From positions 441,085 through 505,084 of the forward strand of contig JAJACK010000001.1 in NCBI GenBank assembly GCA_022601535.1: a DNA stretch of 64,000 nt, read 5' to 3'. This stretch comes from Chlamydiales bacterium (GTDB lineage: Bacteria > Chlamydiota > Chlamydiia > Chlamydiales > JAAKFR01). How positions within the stretch are numbered: the stretch's first letter is position 1; each line of letters opens with the position of its first letter. Positions 54,693 to 64,000 of this stretch are shown one piece after another. The translations under genes and the position numbers were made by a program. The notes below the pieces were generated by a model. That model worked only from the letters and a program-made list of their open reading frames with translations, had not been told where the DNA came from and made no database searches.

Positions 54693-55949
54693 TCAGTTTA
54701 AATCACTATATTTGTCGTTGAGATATTTTTTTCGAATGGGGAGGAATTTTTCCCGATCTTTCCGGCAAATTTCACGCAGTTTCCAAATCACATACTTCTC
54801 TTTGGATAGGATGTGATGAATCTCCTCCCGACCATTGAGTTTGTGGCACATCTGTTTTTTTGAACAGGAGGCTTGGATCTGTTTCATCGCATCTTCAAAA
54901 TGGCGTGGATAGAGCCCTTTGAGTACTCCAATGATCGTATATTGAGTTGAAATCGGGAGAAATGTATTTGCATCGGTAACGATAATAAGAGACCCTTTAC
55001 ATGTCTCTTGTTTATATTTCCCAAAGAAGGGACGGAAAAAAAAGGGTTGAAAATGGACACCAGGAAGGTTTTGATCGTTGAGCGTTTTTGTAAGCTTTTC
55101 AGCGTCGATCCAAGGAGCCCCTACAACTTTAAATGGGAGGGTATACCCTACACCGATATTGACGAATGAATACTCCCCGATCACCCCTGTGGTGGGATAG
55201 AAAAAAGCAGTGTCAGGCTCTGGAATCTGCGGGGAAGTTGGCACCCAATTTAATCCTGTTTGTGTGAAGACCATCCCTCTTTTCCACCCCTCCATCGGAA
55301 CAACGGTCAACGTGCAACCCACTTTATATTCGTTGTTGAAAAAGAGGGCGAGCTCTCCAATCGTCATCCCGTGGCAATAGGGAATGTTCACATAACTGAT
55401 AAAAGAGCGGCAGTTTTCATCTACAAGTGGCCCATCGACCACCATTCCTCCAAGAGGGTTGGGGCGGTCTAAAACAATAAAAGGAATTTTCCTTTTGGCA
55501 GCCTCTTCCATACAATAAAAAAGGGTTCCAATATATGAGTAGGAACGACATCCAATATCTTGAATATCAAAAATAAGGAGATCAATATCTTTGAGATGTT
55601 CTTCTGCTGGCCTCCGACTTTTCCCATGCAAACTATAGATTGGGATCTCCCCGTGCATCTCATCTGAAATCGACTCAGAAGAGTAGGCAGAACCATAAAA
55701 CCCATGCTCAGGAGCAAAAATTGCAACCAAGTTATTGTTTCGCAATCTTTCAACAGTTGAAATCCCTCCAGCATCGATCGCTGTCATATTGGTGATCAAA
55801 CCGATCCGCTTCCCTTTGAGAAGATGTGCGTACTCTTTTTCAAAAAGAACATCGATTCCCACTTTAACTTGACCAAATAGGATAGATAGAGGAAAAAATA
55901 GAAAAAAAAGGAGAAGTCGTTTCATAAAAAATCCAGTAGAAAAAAGCAT
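54693..55949 (-). CDS. DUF1343 family protein (exo-beta-N-acetylmuramidase NamZ-like)
   Basis: 418 aa with a signal or anchor sequence (LLLFFLFFPLSILFG). Family blocks are KRIGLITNMTAID, VAIFAPEHGFYGSA, LIFDIQDIGCRSYSY and IVLDRPNPLGG. Confidence 0.75.
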   Translation of the reverse strand: MLFSTGFFMKRLLLFFLFFPLSILFGQVKVGIDVLFEKEYAHLLKGKRIGLITNMTAIDAGGISTVERLRNNNLVAIFAPEHGFYGSAYSSESISDEMHGEIPIYSLHGKSRRPAEEHLKDIDLLIFDIQDIGCRSYSYIGTLFYCMEEAAKRKIPFIVLDRPNPLGGMVVDGPLVDENCRSFISYVNIPYCHGMTIGELALFFNNEYKVGCTLTVVPMEGWKRGMVFTQTGLNWVPTSPQIPEPDTAFFYPTTGVIGEYSFVNIGVGYTLPFKVVGAPWIDAEKLTKTLNDQNLPGVHFQPFFFRPFFGKYKQETCKGSLIIVTDANTFLPISTQYTIIGVLKGLYPRHFEDAMKQIQASCSKKQMCHKLNGREEIHHILSKEKYVIWKLREICRKDREKFLPIRKKYLNDKYSDLN

Positions 55950-55968
55950 TGCTCTTGCAGCTCAACTC

Positions 55969-58900
55969 TTGAGTTTAAGTCATAAGTGCAGAACTGTCAA
56001 GGAGAGAAGGCACGAAAGATGGCTTGCAAAGATGATGCGCGATCCAAATGGTCGTCTTTTTATGACAGAGATGACCGACCTTTGTTATCGAAGTAGATCT
56101 GCAAGGCGAACTGTAGATCAATTAGTCTATTTGATTAAGGATCTTGGAATCCCCCGTTTTTTAGATGAAAATGAAAGAGGCCTTCTCCTCAGCTTCCGTT
56201 TTCTTGCTCCTTTTTTTCCCTCTTGTGCGCTTTTTTTGCTCAAACAAAAAATCCAAAAAGAGCTTGCATGCATCCTTAAACAAGAACACAAAAAAAATAT
56301 CCGCAATAACATCAACCACTTGGGAGAAGCAATTTTAAGTGAGGAGGAGGCTGACCGTCGCTTACACTGCTATCTCGATGATCTTTCAAACCCAGAAATT
56401 GACTACATTTCTGTCAAAATTTCAACGCTCTACAGTCAGATCAACCTCTTTGCTTTTGAAGAAACTTTAGAGGCGCTTGCAACAAGACTACGGACTCTTT
56501 ATCGCGCTTGCTCTCCCAATCAATTCATCAACCTCGACATGGAAGAGAGCCGCGACCTTGATCTTACCGTCGCCCTTTTTAAGAAGGTGTTGAGTGAGTC
56601 TGAGTTCCATCAAACAAAAGCGGGAATTGCACTTCAAAGCTATCTCCCCGAGTCGTTTCCGATCCTCAAAGAATTGATCCAGTTTTCTATAGAGAGAAAC
56701 GGAGCGCCGATCAAAATACGGATTGTGAAAGGGGCAAACCTTCCCATGGAAATCTGCGAAGCATCAATTAAGGGGTGGAGGCAAGCCCCTTTTGAAAAAA
56801 AGGTGTTGAGCGATGCAAATTTTAAACGGATGCTCCAATTTGCCATCTCGCCTGAGCACGCTCCATTTGTCCATATAGGAGTTGGCTCTCACAATCTTTT
56901 TGACATTGCCTACGCCTACCTTCTAAGAGAAGAGGCCCACCTCAAAGATGAAGTCTCCTTTGAAATGTTGGGAGGAATGGCTCCAGGGATGCAACGAGCC
57001 CTTTTAAAATGGACCGATCAATTACTTCTCTACACTCCAAAGGTGGAGAAAAAACACTTCCGCAATGCAATCCCCTATTTAATCAGAAGACTTGATGAAA
57101 ATGGTGGCGCTGAAAATTTCCTCCACCACTTCTACCACCTCAAAAAGGGAAATCTCGATTGGGAAAAAGAGTGTTCTCGGTTTCGTGAAGCGTATCAACT
57201 GATCGATGATCTACCCACTCAAAGGCAGAGGAGAACAAGGTTAAAAACACTCAATGAACCCGATCTTGACTTCTCTTTGCCTGAAAATCGGAAGTGGAAA
57301 CCCACTAAAAAAATCTATGGGGAGATTCCTCTTGTCATTGGAGGGAAGATTGATAAAGGGGAGAGAAGAGAGGGAATCGACCCTTCTACATGTGAACCCT
57401 TCTACCACTACTGTATTGCAACAGTGGAGCAGATCGATGAGGCATTTGCATCTGCTAAACCAAACGACACCTCTTTAGAAAAGCTTCCTCAACTTTTTCG
57501 CAAACACCGTTTAGATCTGATTGAAGCGATGGTTGCAGATGGAGGAAAAACGGTTTTTGAAGCCGATCCAGAAATTTCCGAGGCGATCGATTTTATCACC
57601 TATTATCAAAAACAATGGGATGGAGAGGGAGCAGCAAAAGGGACTATTTTAGTCGCTCCTCCCTGGAATTTCCCCGCCGCGATTCCTGTGAGTGGAATTG
57701 CAGCGAGCTTGATCACTGGAAACAGCGTGATCTTTAAACCAGCCCCCGAAGCTGTTTTAGTAGGATGGCTCATCGTGCAACTTTTTTGGGAGGCGGGAAT
57801 CTCTAAACGCGCTTTGCAATTTATCAACTGCGATGAAAATCGTGTTGGACATGCTCTTGTTCAACACCCCAAACTTGCTGCTGTTATTTTAACCGGTGGG
57901 ACAGAGACGGCACGCTCCTTTAAAAAATTGCGTCCCTCTCTTGACTTGATGGCAGAGACAGGGGGGAAAAACAGCTTGATTGTCACCTCCATGGCCGACC
58001 GCGATTTGGCTGTTCGTGATGCGGTTTTTTCAGCTTTTTCACACGCTGGGCAAAAATGTAGTGCATGCAGCCTATTGATTTTAGAAAAAGAACTCTACGA
58101 TGATCCCGATTTTCTGCGACAACTCAAAGAAGCGACAACCTCTCTTCCCATCGGATCAAGCTGGAAAGCGACGACTGCAATTCCCCCCTTGATTCGACCA
58201 CTTAATCCTCAATTTCTCAAACTAGAAAAAGGAGAGAGATGGCTTGTAAAGCCAAAGAACCTTGAAAAAAACCTCTGGAGCCCTGGTATCAAACTTGGAG
58301 TTAAAAAGGGGAGTTTTACCCATCAAACAGAGTTTTTTGCTCCAATCCTAGGAGTGATGTGTGCAGAAGATCTCTTTGAAGCGATTGAATTTGCAAATGG
58401 AACTCCCTATGGCTTGACAAGTGGACTCCACTCCCTTGACCCACGGGAGCAAAACCAGTGGAAAGAGCAGATTGTTGCAGGGAATCTCTATATCAACCGT
58501 GCGATCACAGGAGCCATTGTGGGAAGGCAACCTTTTGGAGGATGTAAAGCAAGCACATTTGGATTTGGAATGAAAGTGGGAGGACCTCACTATCTCAAAC
58601 AGTTCGTTGATGTTGAAGATAATGAAGATGAAAAAAAAGAAATTCTACCTCAATCTGTCGTTCCGCTCATGATGAAGTTTAAGCTCTCCAAAGAGGAACA
58701 AGCTGCTTGGAAAAAAAGCGCCGAAAGCTACGCCTACTGGCACAAAAAATTTACCACTCCCATCGACCATTACGCTCTTGTTGGACAACAAAACCTCTAC
58801 TATATGGTTCCGAAAGAGAAAGTGATTGTCCGTTCTAACACCCTCTCTCAACTTGAGTTGATTAAAGTCTTAACCGCACTTCATATCTGCCAAACACCGT

Positions 58901-59160
58901 ATCTTTTATCGGAAGAAAGTGAGGAAGAATTTTTAGAAAAAATGGACTCCACTCCTATTCGTCTCCTCTCTCCCTCTGATAAGCTGGAGAAGTGGGCCGC
59001 TGAAAAGGGGGCCACCCTCTTGAAAAAACCGATCCACTCTTCAGGCTCTTTTGAACTTTTGAACTATTTGCGTGAAATTTCTTTCAGTTTCGATTATCAT
59101 CGTTACGGCTATGTCAAAGATACTCAATCCAGAGCAACTCAAAGGGGCAACTCACCGTGA
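55969..59160 (+). CDS. putA: Bifunctional proline dehydrogenase / L-glutamate gamma-semialdehyde (P5C) dehydrogenase PutA
   Basis: 1063 aa. The N-terminal half has the PRODH barrel (IRIVKGANL...YLIRRLDENG). The C-terminal half has the ALDH motifs FKPAPEAVLVG, ETGGKNSLIVT and AGQKCSACS. The start is uncertain: TTG 55969 in the track, or ATG 56032. Confidence 0.85.
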   Translation: MSLSHKCRTVKERRHERWLAKMMRDPNGRLFMTEMTDLCYRSRSARRTVDQLVYLIKDLGIPRFLDENERGLLLSFRFLAPFFPSCALFLLKQKIQKELACILKQEHKKNIRNNINHLGEAILSEEEADRRLHCYLDDLSNPEIDYISVKISTLYSQINLFAFEETLEALATRLRTLYRACSPNQFINLDMEESRDLDLTVALFKKVLSESEFHQTKAGIALQSYLPESFPILKELIQFSIERNGAPIKIRIVKGANLPMEICEASIKGWRQAPFEKKVLSDANFKRMLQFAISPEHAPFVHIGVGSHNLFDIAYAYLLREEAHLKDEVSFEMLGGMAPGMQRALLKWTDQLLLYTPKVEKKHFRNAIPYLIRRLDENGGAENFLHHFYHLKKGNLDWEKECSRFREAYQLIDDLPTQRQRRTRLKTLNEPDLDFSLPENRKWKPTKKIYGEIPLVIGGKIDKGERREGIDPSTCEPFYHYCIATVEQIDEAFASAKPNDTSLEKLPQLFRKHRLDLIEAMVADGGKTVFEADPEISEAIDFITYYQKQWDGEGAAKGTILVAPPWNFPAAIPVSGIAASLITGNSVIFKPAPEAVLVGWLIVQLFWEAGISKRALQFINCDENRVGHALVQHPKLAAVILTGGTETARSFKKLRPSLDLMAETGGKNSLIVTSMADRDLAVRDAVFSAFSHAGQKCSACSLLILEKELYDDPDFLRQLKEATTSLPIGSSWKATTAIPPLIRPLNPQFLKLEKGERWLVKPKNLEKNLWSPGIKLGVKKGSFTHQTEFFAPILGVMCAEDLFEAIEFANGTPYGLTSGLHSLDPREQNQWKEQIVAGNLYINRAITGAIVGRQPFGGCKASTFGFGMKVGGPHYLKQFVDVEDNEDEKKEILPQSVVPLMMKFKLSKEEQAAWKKSAESYAYWHKKFTTPIDHYALVGQQNLYYMVPKEKVIVRSNTLSQLELIKVLTALHICQTPYLLSEESEEEFLEKMDSTPIRLLSPSDKLEKWAAEKGATLLKKPIHSSGSFELLNYLREISFSFDYHRYGYVKDTQSRATQRGNSP

Positions 59161-60970
59161 TGGCCCTCTCCTTGTCCTCGCAGGAGCGGGGTCGGGGAAA
59201 ACCCGTATTGTCGCCTACCGGATCACCTATCTGATCGATCAAGGGATCCCTCCTTCCCAAATTCTTGCTGTGACATTTACAAATAAAGCGGCAAAAGAGA
59301 TGCAAGAGCGGGTGTATGACCTCTTAAAAGGGGGATACCATGAGGAGTATCCTACCGTCAGCACCTTCCATAGTTTGGGTGCCAAGATTTTACGCGAATC
59401 AATCGATAAAATTGGCTACGATCCCAACTTTACAATCTACGATGAAGAAGACTCAGGCAAACTTTTGCGCACCTGCCTGCAATCTCTTGGAATCAAAAAA
59501 GAAAAAGGGGAGATCAGAGCGATTCGCTCCCTTATCTCAAAGACAAAAAACCAGTTGATCGACCCTGAAGGACCTCCTTTCTTTGATATTTACTCCCTCT
59601 ATCAAGAGAGACTTAAAGAGGCAAATGCACTCGACTTTGACGACCTTCTCTACCTTACTGTTCGCCTCTTTAAAGAGAGTCCTGAAACACGCGCTTTTTA
59701 CCAAAAACAGTGGCCTTATCTTCTCATAGATGAATACCAAGATACCAATCCTGCCCAATACATGATTGCGCAGATGATCGTCGAACACTCCCACAACATC
59801 TTTGTCGTAGGAGATCCTGATCAATCGATCTATTCGTGGCGAGGGGCAAATATCCAAAACATCTTAAATTTTGAGAAAAATTATCCTGGAGCTCAAACAG
59901 TTAGGCTAGAGCAAAACTACCGGAGCAGCTCAAATATTTTGGAAGCAGCCAATGCATTGATTCAAAATAATGTGAGCCGGTTTAAGAAAAATCTTTGGAG
60001 TGACAAAGGAGCTGGAGAAAAGATCACCCTTTTTGTTGGAAGAGATGAGCGCGATGAAGCGAGCTTTGTCATTCGTGAAATCGAACGACTCCACTCTCTT
60101 TTCAAAATTCCGCTGAGTGAAATAACTATTTTCTACCGAACTAACTTCCAATCTCGTCTTTTTGAAGATTTCCTACTCCGCCGCGACCTCCCCTATGTGA
60201 TTGTTGGTGGAATTTCATTTTACCAAAGAAAAGAGATCAAAGATGTCCTTGGCTATCTCCGAATGGTTGAATCAGACTGCGATGCCATCTCGTTTATGCG
60301 GACGATCAATCTCCCCAAAAGAGGGATTGGACAGACAACACTTGAAAAGATTTTAGCCAATGTTTCAGGTTCATTTTTAGACTTTTGTGAAAACCCTGTC
60401 GATATTCGTCTTTCGGCCAAACAAAAAGCGGGACTTGCAAATTACGCCTCAATCATCCGCGAGCTCCGCGCTTTGAAAGGAGAGGTCAATCTACAAGAAC
60501 TCGTTTATCAAACTGTAGAAAAAACCGGTTACCTCGATGTTCTTAGAGAAGATAAAGAGACCTTTGAAGATCGAAAAGAGAACGTCGATGAATTGATTGC
60601 CAAAGCGCGTGAGAGCGACTGTTTACAAGCCTTTTTAGAAGAACTCTCCTTGAAAGGGTCGCTTGATGAAGCCGATTTCACTCAAGATCAAATTAATCTC
60701 ATGACCCTCCATAACGGAAAAGGGTTGGAATTTACTGCAGCTTTTCTAGTTGGGATGGAGGAAGATCTTTTCCCCCATGTTAATTCAAGAGAAAGCTACG
60801 ATGCACTGGAAGAAGAACGACGTTTATGCTATGTAGGGATGACAAGGGCGAAAGAGCGTCTTTATCTCTCTGCCGCCGAAACACGTTTTTTATGGGGGAC
60901 TCATCGGATGATGCGACCGTCGCGTTTTTTGCGTGAAATTCCCCGCCAGTACATTAACCGATTGCAGTGA
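59111..60970 (+). CDS. uvrD: UvrD/PcrA-type ATP-dependent DNA helicase
   Basis: The likely start is ATG 59111 (MSKILNPEQLKGATHRDGPLLVLAGAGSGKT), whereas the track ORF starts at 59072. Also present are LLIDEYQDTNPAQY, VGDPDQSIYSWRGA, QNYRSS and YVGMTRAKERLYL. Confidence 0.92.
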   Translation: MSKILNPEQLKGATHRDGPLLVLAGAGSGKTRIVAYRITYLIDQGIPPSQILAVTFTNKAAKEMQERVYDLLKGGYHEEYPTVSTFHSLGAKILRESIDKIGYDPNFTIYDEEDSGKLLRTCLQSLGIKKEKGEIRAIRSLISKTKNQLIDPEGPPFFDIYSLYQERLKEANALDFDDLLYLTVRLFKESPETRAFYQKQWPYLLIDEYQDTNPAQYMIAQMIVEHSHNIFVVGDPDQSIYSWRGANIQNILNFEKNYPGAQTVRLEQNYRSSSNILEAANALIQNNVSRFKKNLWSDKGAGEKITLFVGRDERDEASFVIREIERLHSLFKIPLSEITIFYRTNFQSRLFEDFLLRRDLPYVIVGGISFYQRKEIKDVLGYLRMVESDCDAISFMRTINLPKRGIGQTTLEKILANVSGSFLDFCENPVDIRLSAKQKAGLANYASIIRELRALKGEVNLQELVYQTVEKTGYLDVLREDKETFEDRKENVDELIAKARESDCLQAFLEELSLKGSLDEADFTQDQINLMTLHNGKGLEFTAAFLVGMEEDLFPHVNSRESYDALEEERRLCYVGMTRAKERLYLSAAETRFLWGTHRMMRPSRFLREIPRQYINRLQ

Positions 60971-62304
60971 AACAACACTTAGATATCGCACAGGCCGCGA
61001 AACAAATTCAGCGGCTCATCCTCTCCCCGCAAATGCAACAGGCGCTCCACCTGTTGCAAATGCCTGTCATGGAACTCGAAGCCCTTATCTCTGAAGAAAT
61101 ATCCCAAAACCCTATGATTGAATGGGATGTGGAAACTCTATCCTCTGAGATCCCCTCTAAATCAACAGGAGGCAAGGAAGAAGATGACCTTAAAGCTTAC
61201 ATCGAAAATAGTGTTTCATACGAAACCTCTCTCTACGACCATCTGATGAACCAAGCAAAGATGACTTTTGGTGAAGAAGAGTATAAGCTCGCCACTCTCA
61301 TCATCGGACACATCGATGAGAGTGGATTCCTCACAACGCCTCTTGAGGAAATTGCTCTTCTCTCTGATGTAGAGGTTGAAGTCTTTGCTCCCTTGTTAGA
61401 AATGATTCAAACGTTTGATCCAATCGGAGTTGGAGCACGAAGTTTACAAGAATCTCTTCTGATCCAGCTCAAACTAGGAGGCAAAGAGTCTTCCTTGGCA
61501 TACCGGATTGTCGATTGTGGCTACGACGATATGTTGAAAAACCGAATCCCTTCCATTGCAAAAGTGTTACACCGCTCTTCTAAAGAGATTTATGATACAA
61601 TTGCAGGAGAGATTGCCCCGCTCGACTTTCACCCTGGAACCCTTTTTTCTGCAGGACACTACAAAAGACAAACCCATCATCTCATCCCAGATCTCCACAT
61701 CGATCTTGTCGAAGGAGCTCTTCGGATTGAAATCAATGACTCTTCCCTTCCATCTTTTCGCTTCAATAACGGTTATCTAAAAATGTTGGAGAGCAAAGAC
61801 CTCGATTCTGAAACACGCACCTACATCCAAGAGAAGCTCACCTCAGGTAAATGGCTTGTCCGAAATCTTCAAGAGCGGCACCAAACCTTGAGACGGATTG
61901 CAGAGAAAATTGTCGAAACACAAAGCCCTTATTTGAGTGATCCCAAAGGAGACCTTAAACCTATGACAATGAAGGAAATTGCAGAAATGCTTGAACTTCA
62001 TGAATCGACCATTGCGCGTGCTGTTGCAAATAAATACCTCAGCTGTCCACGAGGAATTTTGCCACTACGCTCTTTTTTCACAAATGCATACACAACAGAC
62101 AGTGGAAAAGAGATCTCCTCAAAAACGGTCAAAGAGTGTCTCAAACAAATCATTTCGAAAGAAGACCGCACCTCTCCTCTTTCTGATGAGGCGATCTCAA
62201 AAATGATTAAGAGCCAGGGGATTGCATGTGCTCGCCGGACGGTTGCAAAATACCGCTCTGAGCTTGGGATTGGGAATACAACTCAGCGGAAAATACACGC
62301 TTGA
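60967..62304 (+). CDS. rpoN: RNA polymerase sigma-54 factor RpoN
   Basis: 445 aa. Region I reads LSPQMQQALHLLQMPVMELEALISEEISQNP. The HTH is HESTIARAVANKYLSCPRGILPLRSFF and the RpoN box is ARRTVAKYR. The GTG start overlaps the uvrD stop (GTGA). Confidence 0.92.
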   Translation: MKQHLDIAQAAKQIQRLILSPQMQQALHLLQMPVMELEALISEEISQNPMIEWDVETLSSEIPSKSTGGKEEDDLKAYIENSVSYETSLYDHLMNQAKMTFGEEEYKLATLIIGHIDESGFLTTPLEEIALLSDVEVEVFAPLLEMIQTFDPIGVGARSLQESLLIQLKLGGKESSLAYRIVDCGYDDMLKNRIPSIAKVLHRSSKEIYDTIAGEIAPLDFHPGTLFSAGHYKRQTHHLIPDLHIDLVEGALRIEINDSSLPSFRFNNGYLKMLESKDLDSETRTYIQEKLTSGKWLVRNLQERHQTLRRIAEKIVETQSPYLSDPKGDLKPMTMKEIAEMLELHESTIARAVANKYLSCPRGILPLRSFFTNAYTTDSGKEISSKTVKECLKQIISKEDRTSPLSDEAISKMIKSQGIACARRTVAKYRSELGIGNTTQRKIHA

Positions 62305-62977
62305 TCTGCTGCCATCTCAACGAAGTTTGTTTTTCAACATAAGATTTAATCGATCCCTTTGCGAACAAAATAATCTCCTTATCGGTGAGGTGGAGCATGA
62401 TTGGCAGCGCATTTTTTTTCCCATAAAGCTTCCCTAGTTTTTTACGTGCAAGAAGAAAAGTGGCCTGTGTTTTAATCAGCCGCATCAATCCAAAAGCAAC
62501 AACTCCTATCGCAAAGAAAGGGGAGAAAAAAGAAAGGGGAAGCAAGAGAGCAAAGAAAAGGGTCTCCTTGGGAGAACGGAAAAAAGGGCCAAAGAAGCGA
62601 CGAAAACGGGATTTTGATGTTTGGTATGCCAACACCTCTTCAAAAATCGGTTCCTCAAAAGCAACGCGTGCAGCGTGCACCCCTTCATGTGCAAGGATCT
62701 CCTCTTTTGAATAGATTTTCCAAAGAGTCTTTTTATGAGCAAACTGTTCTTTGAGTTGAATCTCTACGTTTGTCCCTTCAATCCAGCTACATCCTCCTTC
62801 CCAAAAGCGGAGTCCAGAATCTTTATAATGGACAGGAACCCAGTTGGGGGAGATGGCAAAGAGCTCTTTTAAAGAGGGGGGGAACGTAGAAAGATCGTCT
62901 GCTTTACATCTTTTGTAAAACGTCTCTTCCGACTCATTAGGACCGCATAAAAAGCCTCTTTGATCTTCCTCAAACAT
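62207..62977 (-). CDS. Hypothetical membrane protein with HEXXH motif (putative zinc metallopeptidase)
   Basis: 256 aa. HEGVH occupies residues 97-101 (62675-62689, read directly as CAT GAA GGG GTG CAC), followed by acidic residues (AFEEPIFEE). A hydrophobic hairpin (LFFALLLPLSFFSPFFAIGVVAFGL) follows. Confidence 0.55.
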   Translation of the reverse strand: MFEEDQRGFLCGPNESEETFYKRCKADDLSTFPPSLKELFAISPNWVPVHYKDSGLRFWEGGCSWIEGTNVEIQLKEQFAHKKTLWKIYSKEEILAHEGVHAARVAFEEPIFEEVLAYQTSKSRFRRFFGPFFRSPKETLFFALLLPLSFFSPFFAIGVVAFGLMRLIKTQATFLLARKKLGKLYGKKNALPIMLHLTDKEIILFAKGSIKSYVEKQTSLRWQQIKRVFSAELYSQSQAQSGILQPSGEHMQSPGS

Positions 62978-63908
62978 CTGTCAATTCTCCTACAAACTCG
63001 ATAATATGTTTCCTCAGCCACTCATATGTTGGGCTTTGAGGGATCGTAATACTTTGTGCTGGAACAACGTTTGTAGAAGTGAACTCTATTTTTCTATCAT
63101 ACCGTTGTACAGACGATGCCTTTTTGATCTCGCTATCATCAAAATCTTGTTCATCGAGATGGAGGAAGAGATTTCGCCTCGCCGCTTGAGGCGTTTCATT
63201 GATATGATGAATTAAAAAGCGGTAGTGATCAGACCGGGTCTTTATCATCCCATGCATTCTTTCTATATCGCTTAAGAACTGCTTGTTGTAGTAATAGAAC
63301 TGGTATCCTGAGAATTTTGTGTTTCTAAATTTTAGAAGAGTTAATTTTCGAGCAACTTCTATAAGGTCGTTTTGATTCCCAGTCAACACACTCTTTTTAA
63401 AAAGAGCGCGATTCTCTCTCTCCTTCCAAAAGTCGACAAAGATTGTTGTGTCCACCCCAATCACACCGATCAACTCTCGTATTGCTGCTTCCAAAAGCGA
63501 TCTGAGCATCACTTCATCTTTCCCCTTTAGGAACTCAATTGTTTCAGATGTAAATGGCTTTTCAAATTCTGGATGCACTTCAAAAAGATAGCGGAAACGG
63601 GTGGAGAGATATGGGTCAAACAACCCAAAACGTGGGGGGTGAGAGTGGGGAGAAGAGGCTCCTCCATCATGATTGATGATTGCAAACCCATCGCGAGACT
63701 CAAAAAGACGGTAGAGGAGATATTCATAATCTTTCCCTTCATCCACAAATGTATTGATCTCATCTTCAGTTGCTGTTCCCGCAAAAAGTGCATTTAAAAA
63801 TGGGTGCTCTCTTGCTTCTTGTGGAATTTTCAAAACGAGTAGATTATCAAAATGCGTGTCGATATCCCCACCTAAGTACTTTGAAAGAGCTGCTCTTTCA
63901 AGGATCAT
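62970..63908 (-). CDS. Hypothetical protein (312 aa)
   Basis: The ORF is long and clean, with an ATG start. It overlaps the downstream gene by 8 bp and the upstream partial ORF as ATGA. No motif was recognised. Confidence 0.5.
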   Translation of the reverse strand: MILERAALSKYLGGDIDTHFDNLLVLKIPQEAREHPFLNALFAGTATEDEINTFVDEGKDYEYLLYRLFESRDGFAIINHDGGASSPHSHPPRFGLFDPYLSTRFRYLFEVHPEFEKPFTSETIEFLKGKDEVMLRSLLEAAIRELIGVIGVDTTIFVDFWKERENRALFKKSVLTGNQNDLIEVARKLTLLKFRNTKFSGYQFYYYNKQFLSDIERMHGMIKTRSDHYRFLIHHINETPQAARRNLFLHLDEQDFDDSEIKKASSVQRYDRKIEFTSTNVVPAQSITIPQSPTYEWLRKHIIEFVGELTDV

Positions 63909-64000
63909 AGGATTGAGATTAGGAAGTGGTTTATCTGTAGAAACAAGCTTTGAAAAAAGATAACGGATTGCTCGCTGCCACCAAGATGTGACATTGGGGT
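63905..64000 (-). CDS. 3' end (31 codons plus stop) of a gene that starts beyond the right window edge
   Basis: The minus-strand frame is open from 64000: TPMSHLGGSEQSVIFFQSLFLQINHFLISIL*. Its TGA (63905-63907) overlaps the ATG at 63908 of the next gene (ATGA). The call is supported only by this coupling geometry. Confidence 0.3.
   Translation of the reverse strand, partial: TPMSHLGGSEQSVIFFQSLFLQINHFLISIL

Overview
This is a gene-dense chromosomal segment with about 55 protein-coding genes, 2 tRNAs, no rRNA, no CRISPR array, and no recognisable transposase or integrase. All calls come from reading the supplied translations and hand-translating the DNA; no database search was possible. Gene content and local order suggest a member of the Chlamydiota with a large 'environmental-type' genome (inference). 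Supporting features are rpoD, rpoN fused to the end of uvrD, two membrane RsbU-type PP2C sensor phosphatases near eno, recC-recB-recD beside mreC/aspC, groES-groEL with a CIRCE-like element, and Inc-like and WD40-like proteins. Housekeeping genes recognised with good confidence are ugd, uxs, nnr, mreC, aspC, dinG, rpoD, rpsT, recCBD, rsgA, eno, ahpC, trkA/trkH, groES/groEL, mtnN, putA, uvrD and rpoN, plus tRNA-Ala(GGC) and tRNA-Arg(ACG). The left 10 kb looks accessory. It holds an edge-truncated secreted RHS/YD-repeat protein that is absent from the ORF track, a stand-alone AAA+ ATPase behind a tandemly duplicated palindromic promoter/operator, and a nucleotide-sugar (UDP-GlcA, UDP-Xyl, UDP-GalA) plus O-antigen-ligase-like cluster. 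The strongest candidates for follow-up are listed below.
- A translationally coupled operon (42704->36329, minus strand) encodes a canonical RsbU-type sensor phosphatase, a paralogue with a degenerate metal-binding motif, and an 865-aa protein carrying papain-like Cys/His motifs.
- The duplicated 30-bp palindrome lies between the RHS and ATPase genes.
- An LplT-like MFS transporter is fused to an acyltransferase-like domain whose catalytic motifs are degenerate.
- Two tandem paralogous WD40-like genes sit next to a porin gene.
- An uncharacterised three-gene unit at the right edge includes an HEXXH membrane protein that overlaps the 3' end of rpoN.
- Eight of ten convergent gene junctions overlap, and only one clear intrinsic terminator (after groEL) is visible.
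I cannot show that any of these is a truly undescribed system. Each is stated as a hypothesis with a test.
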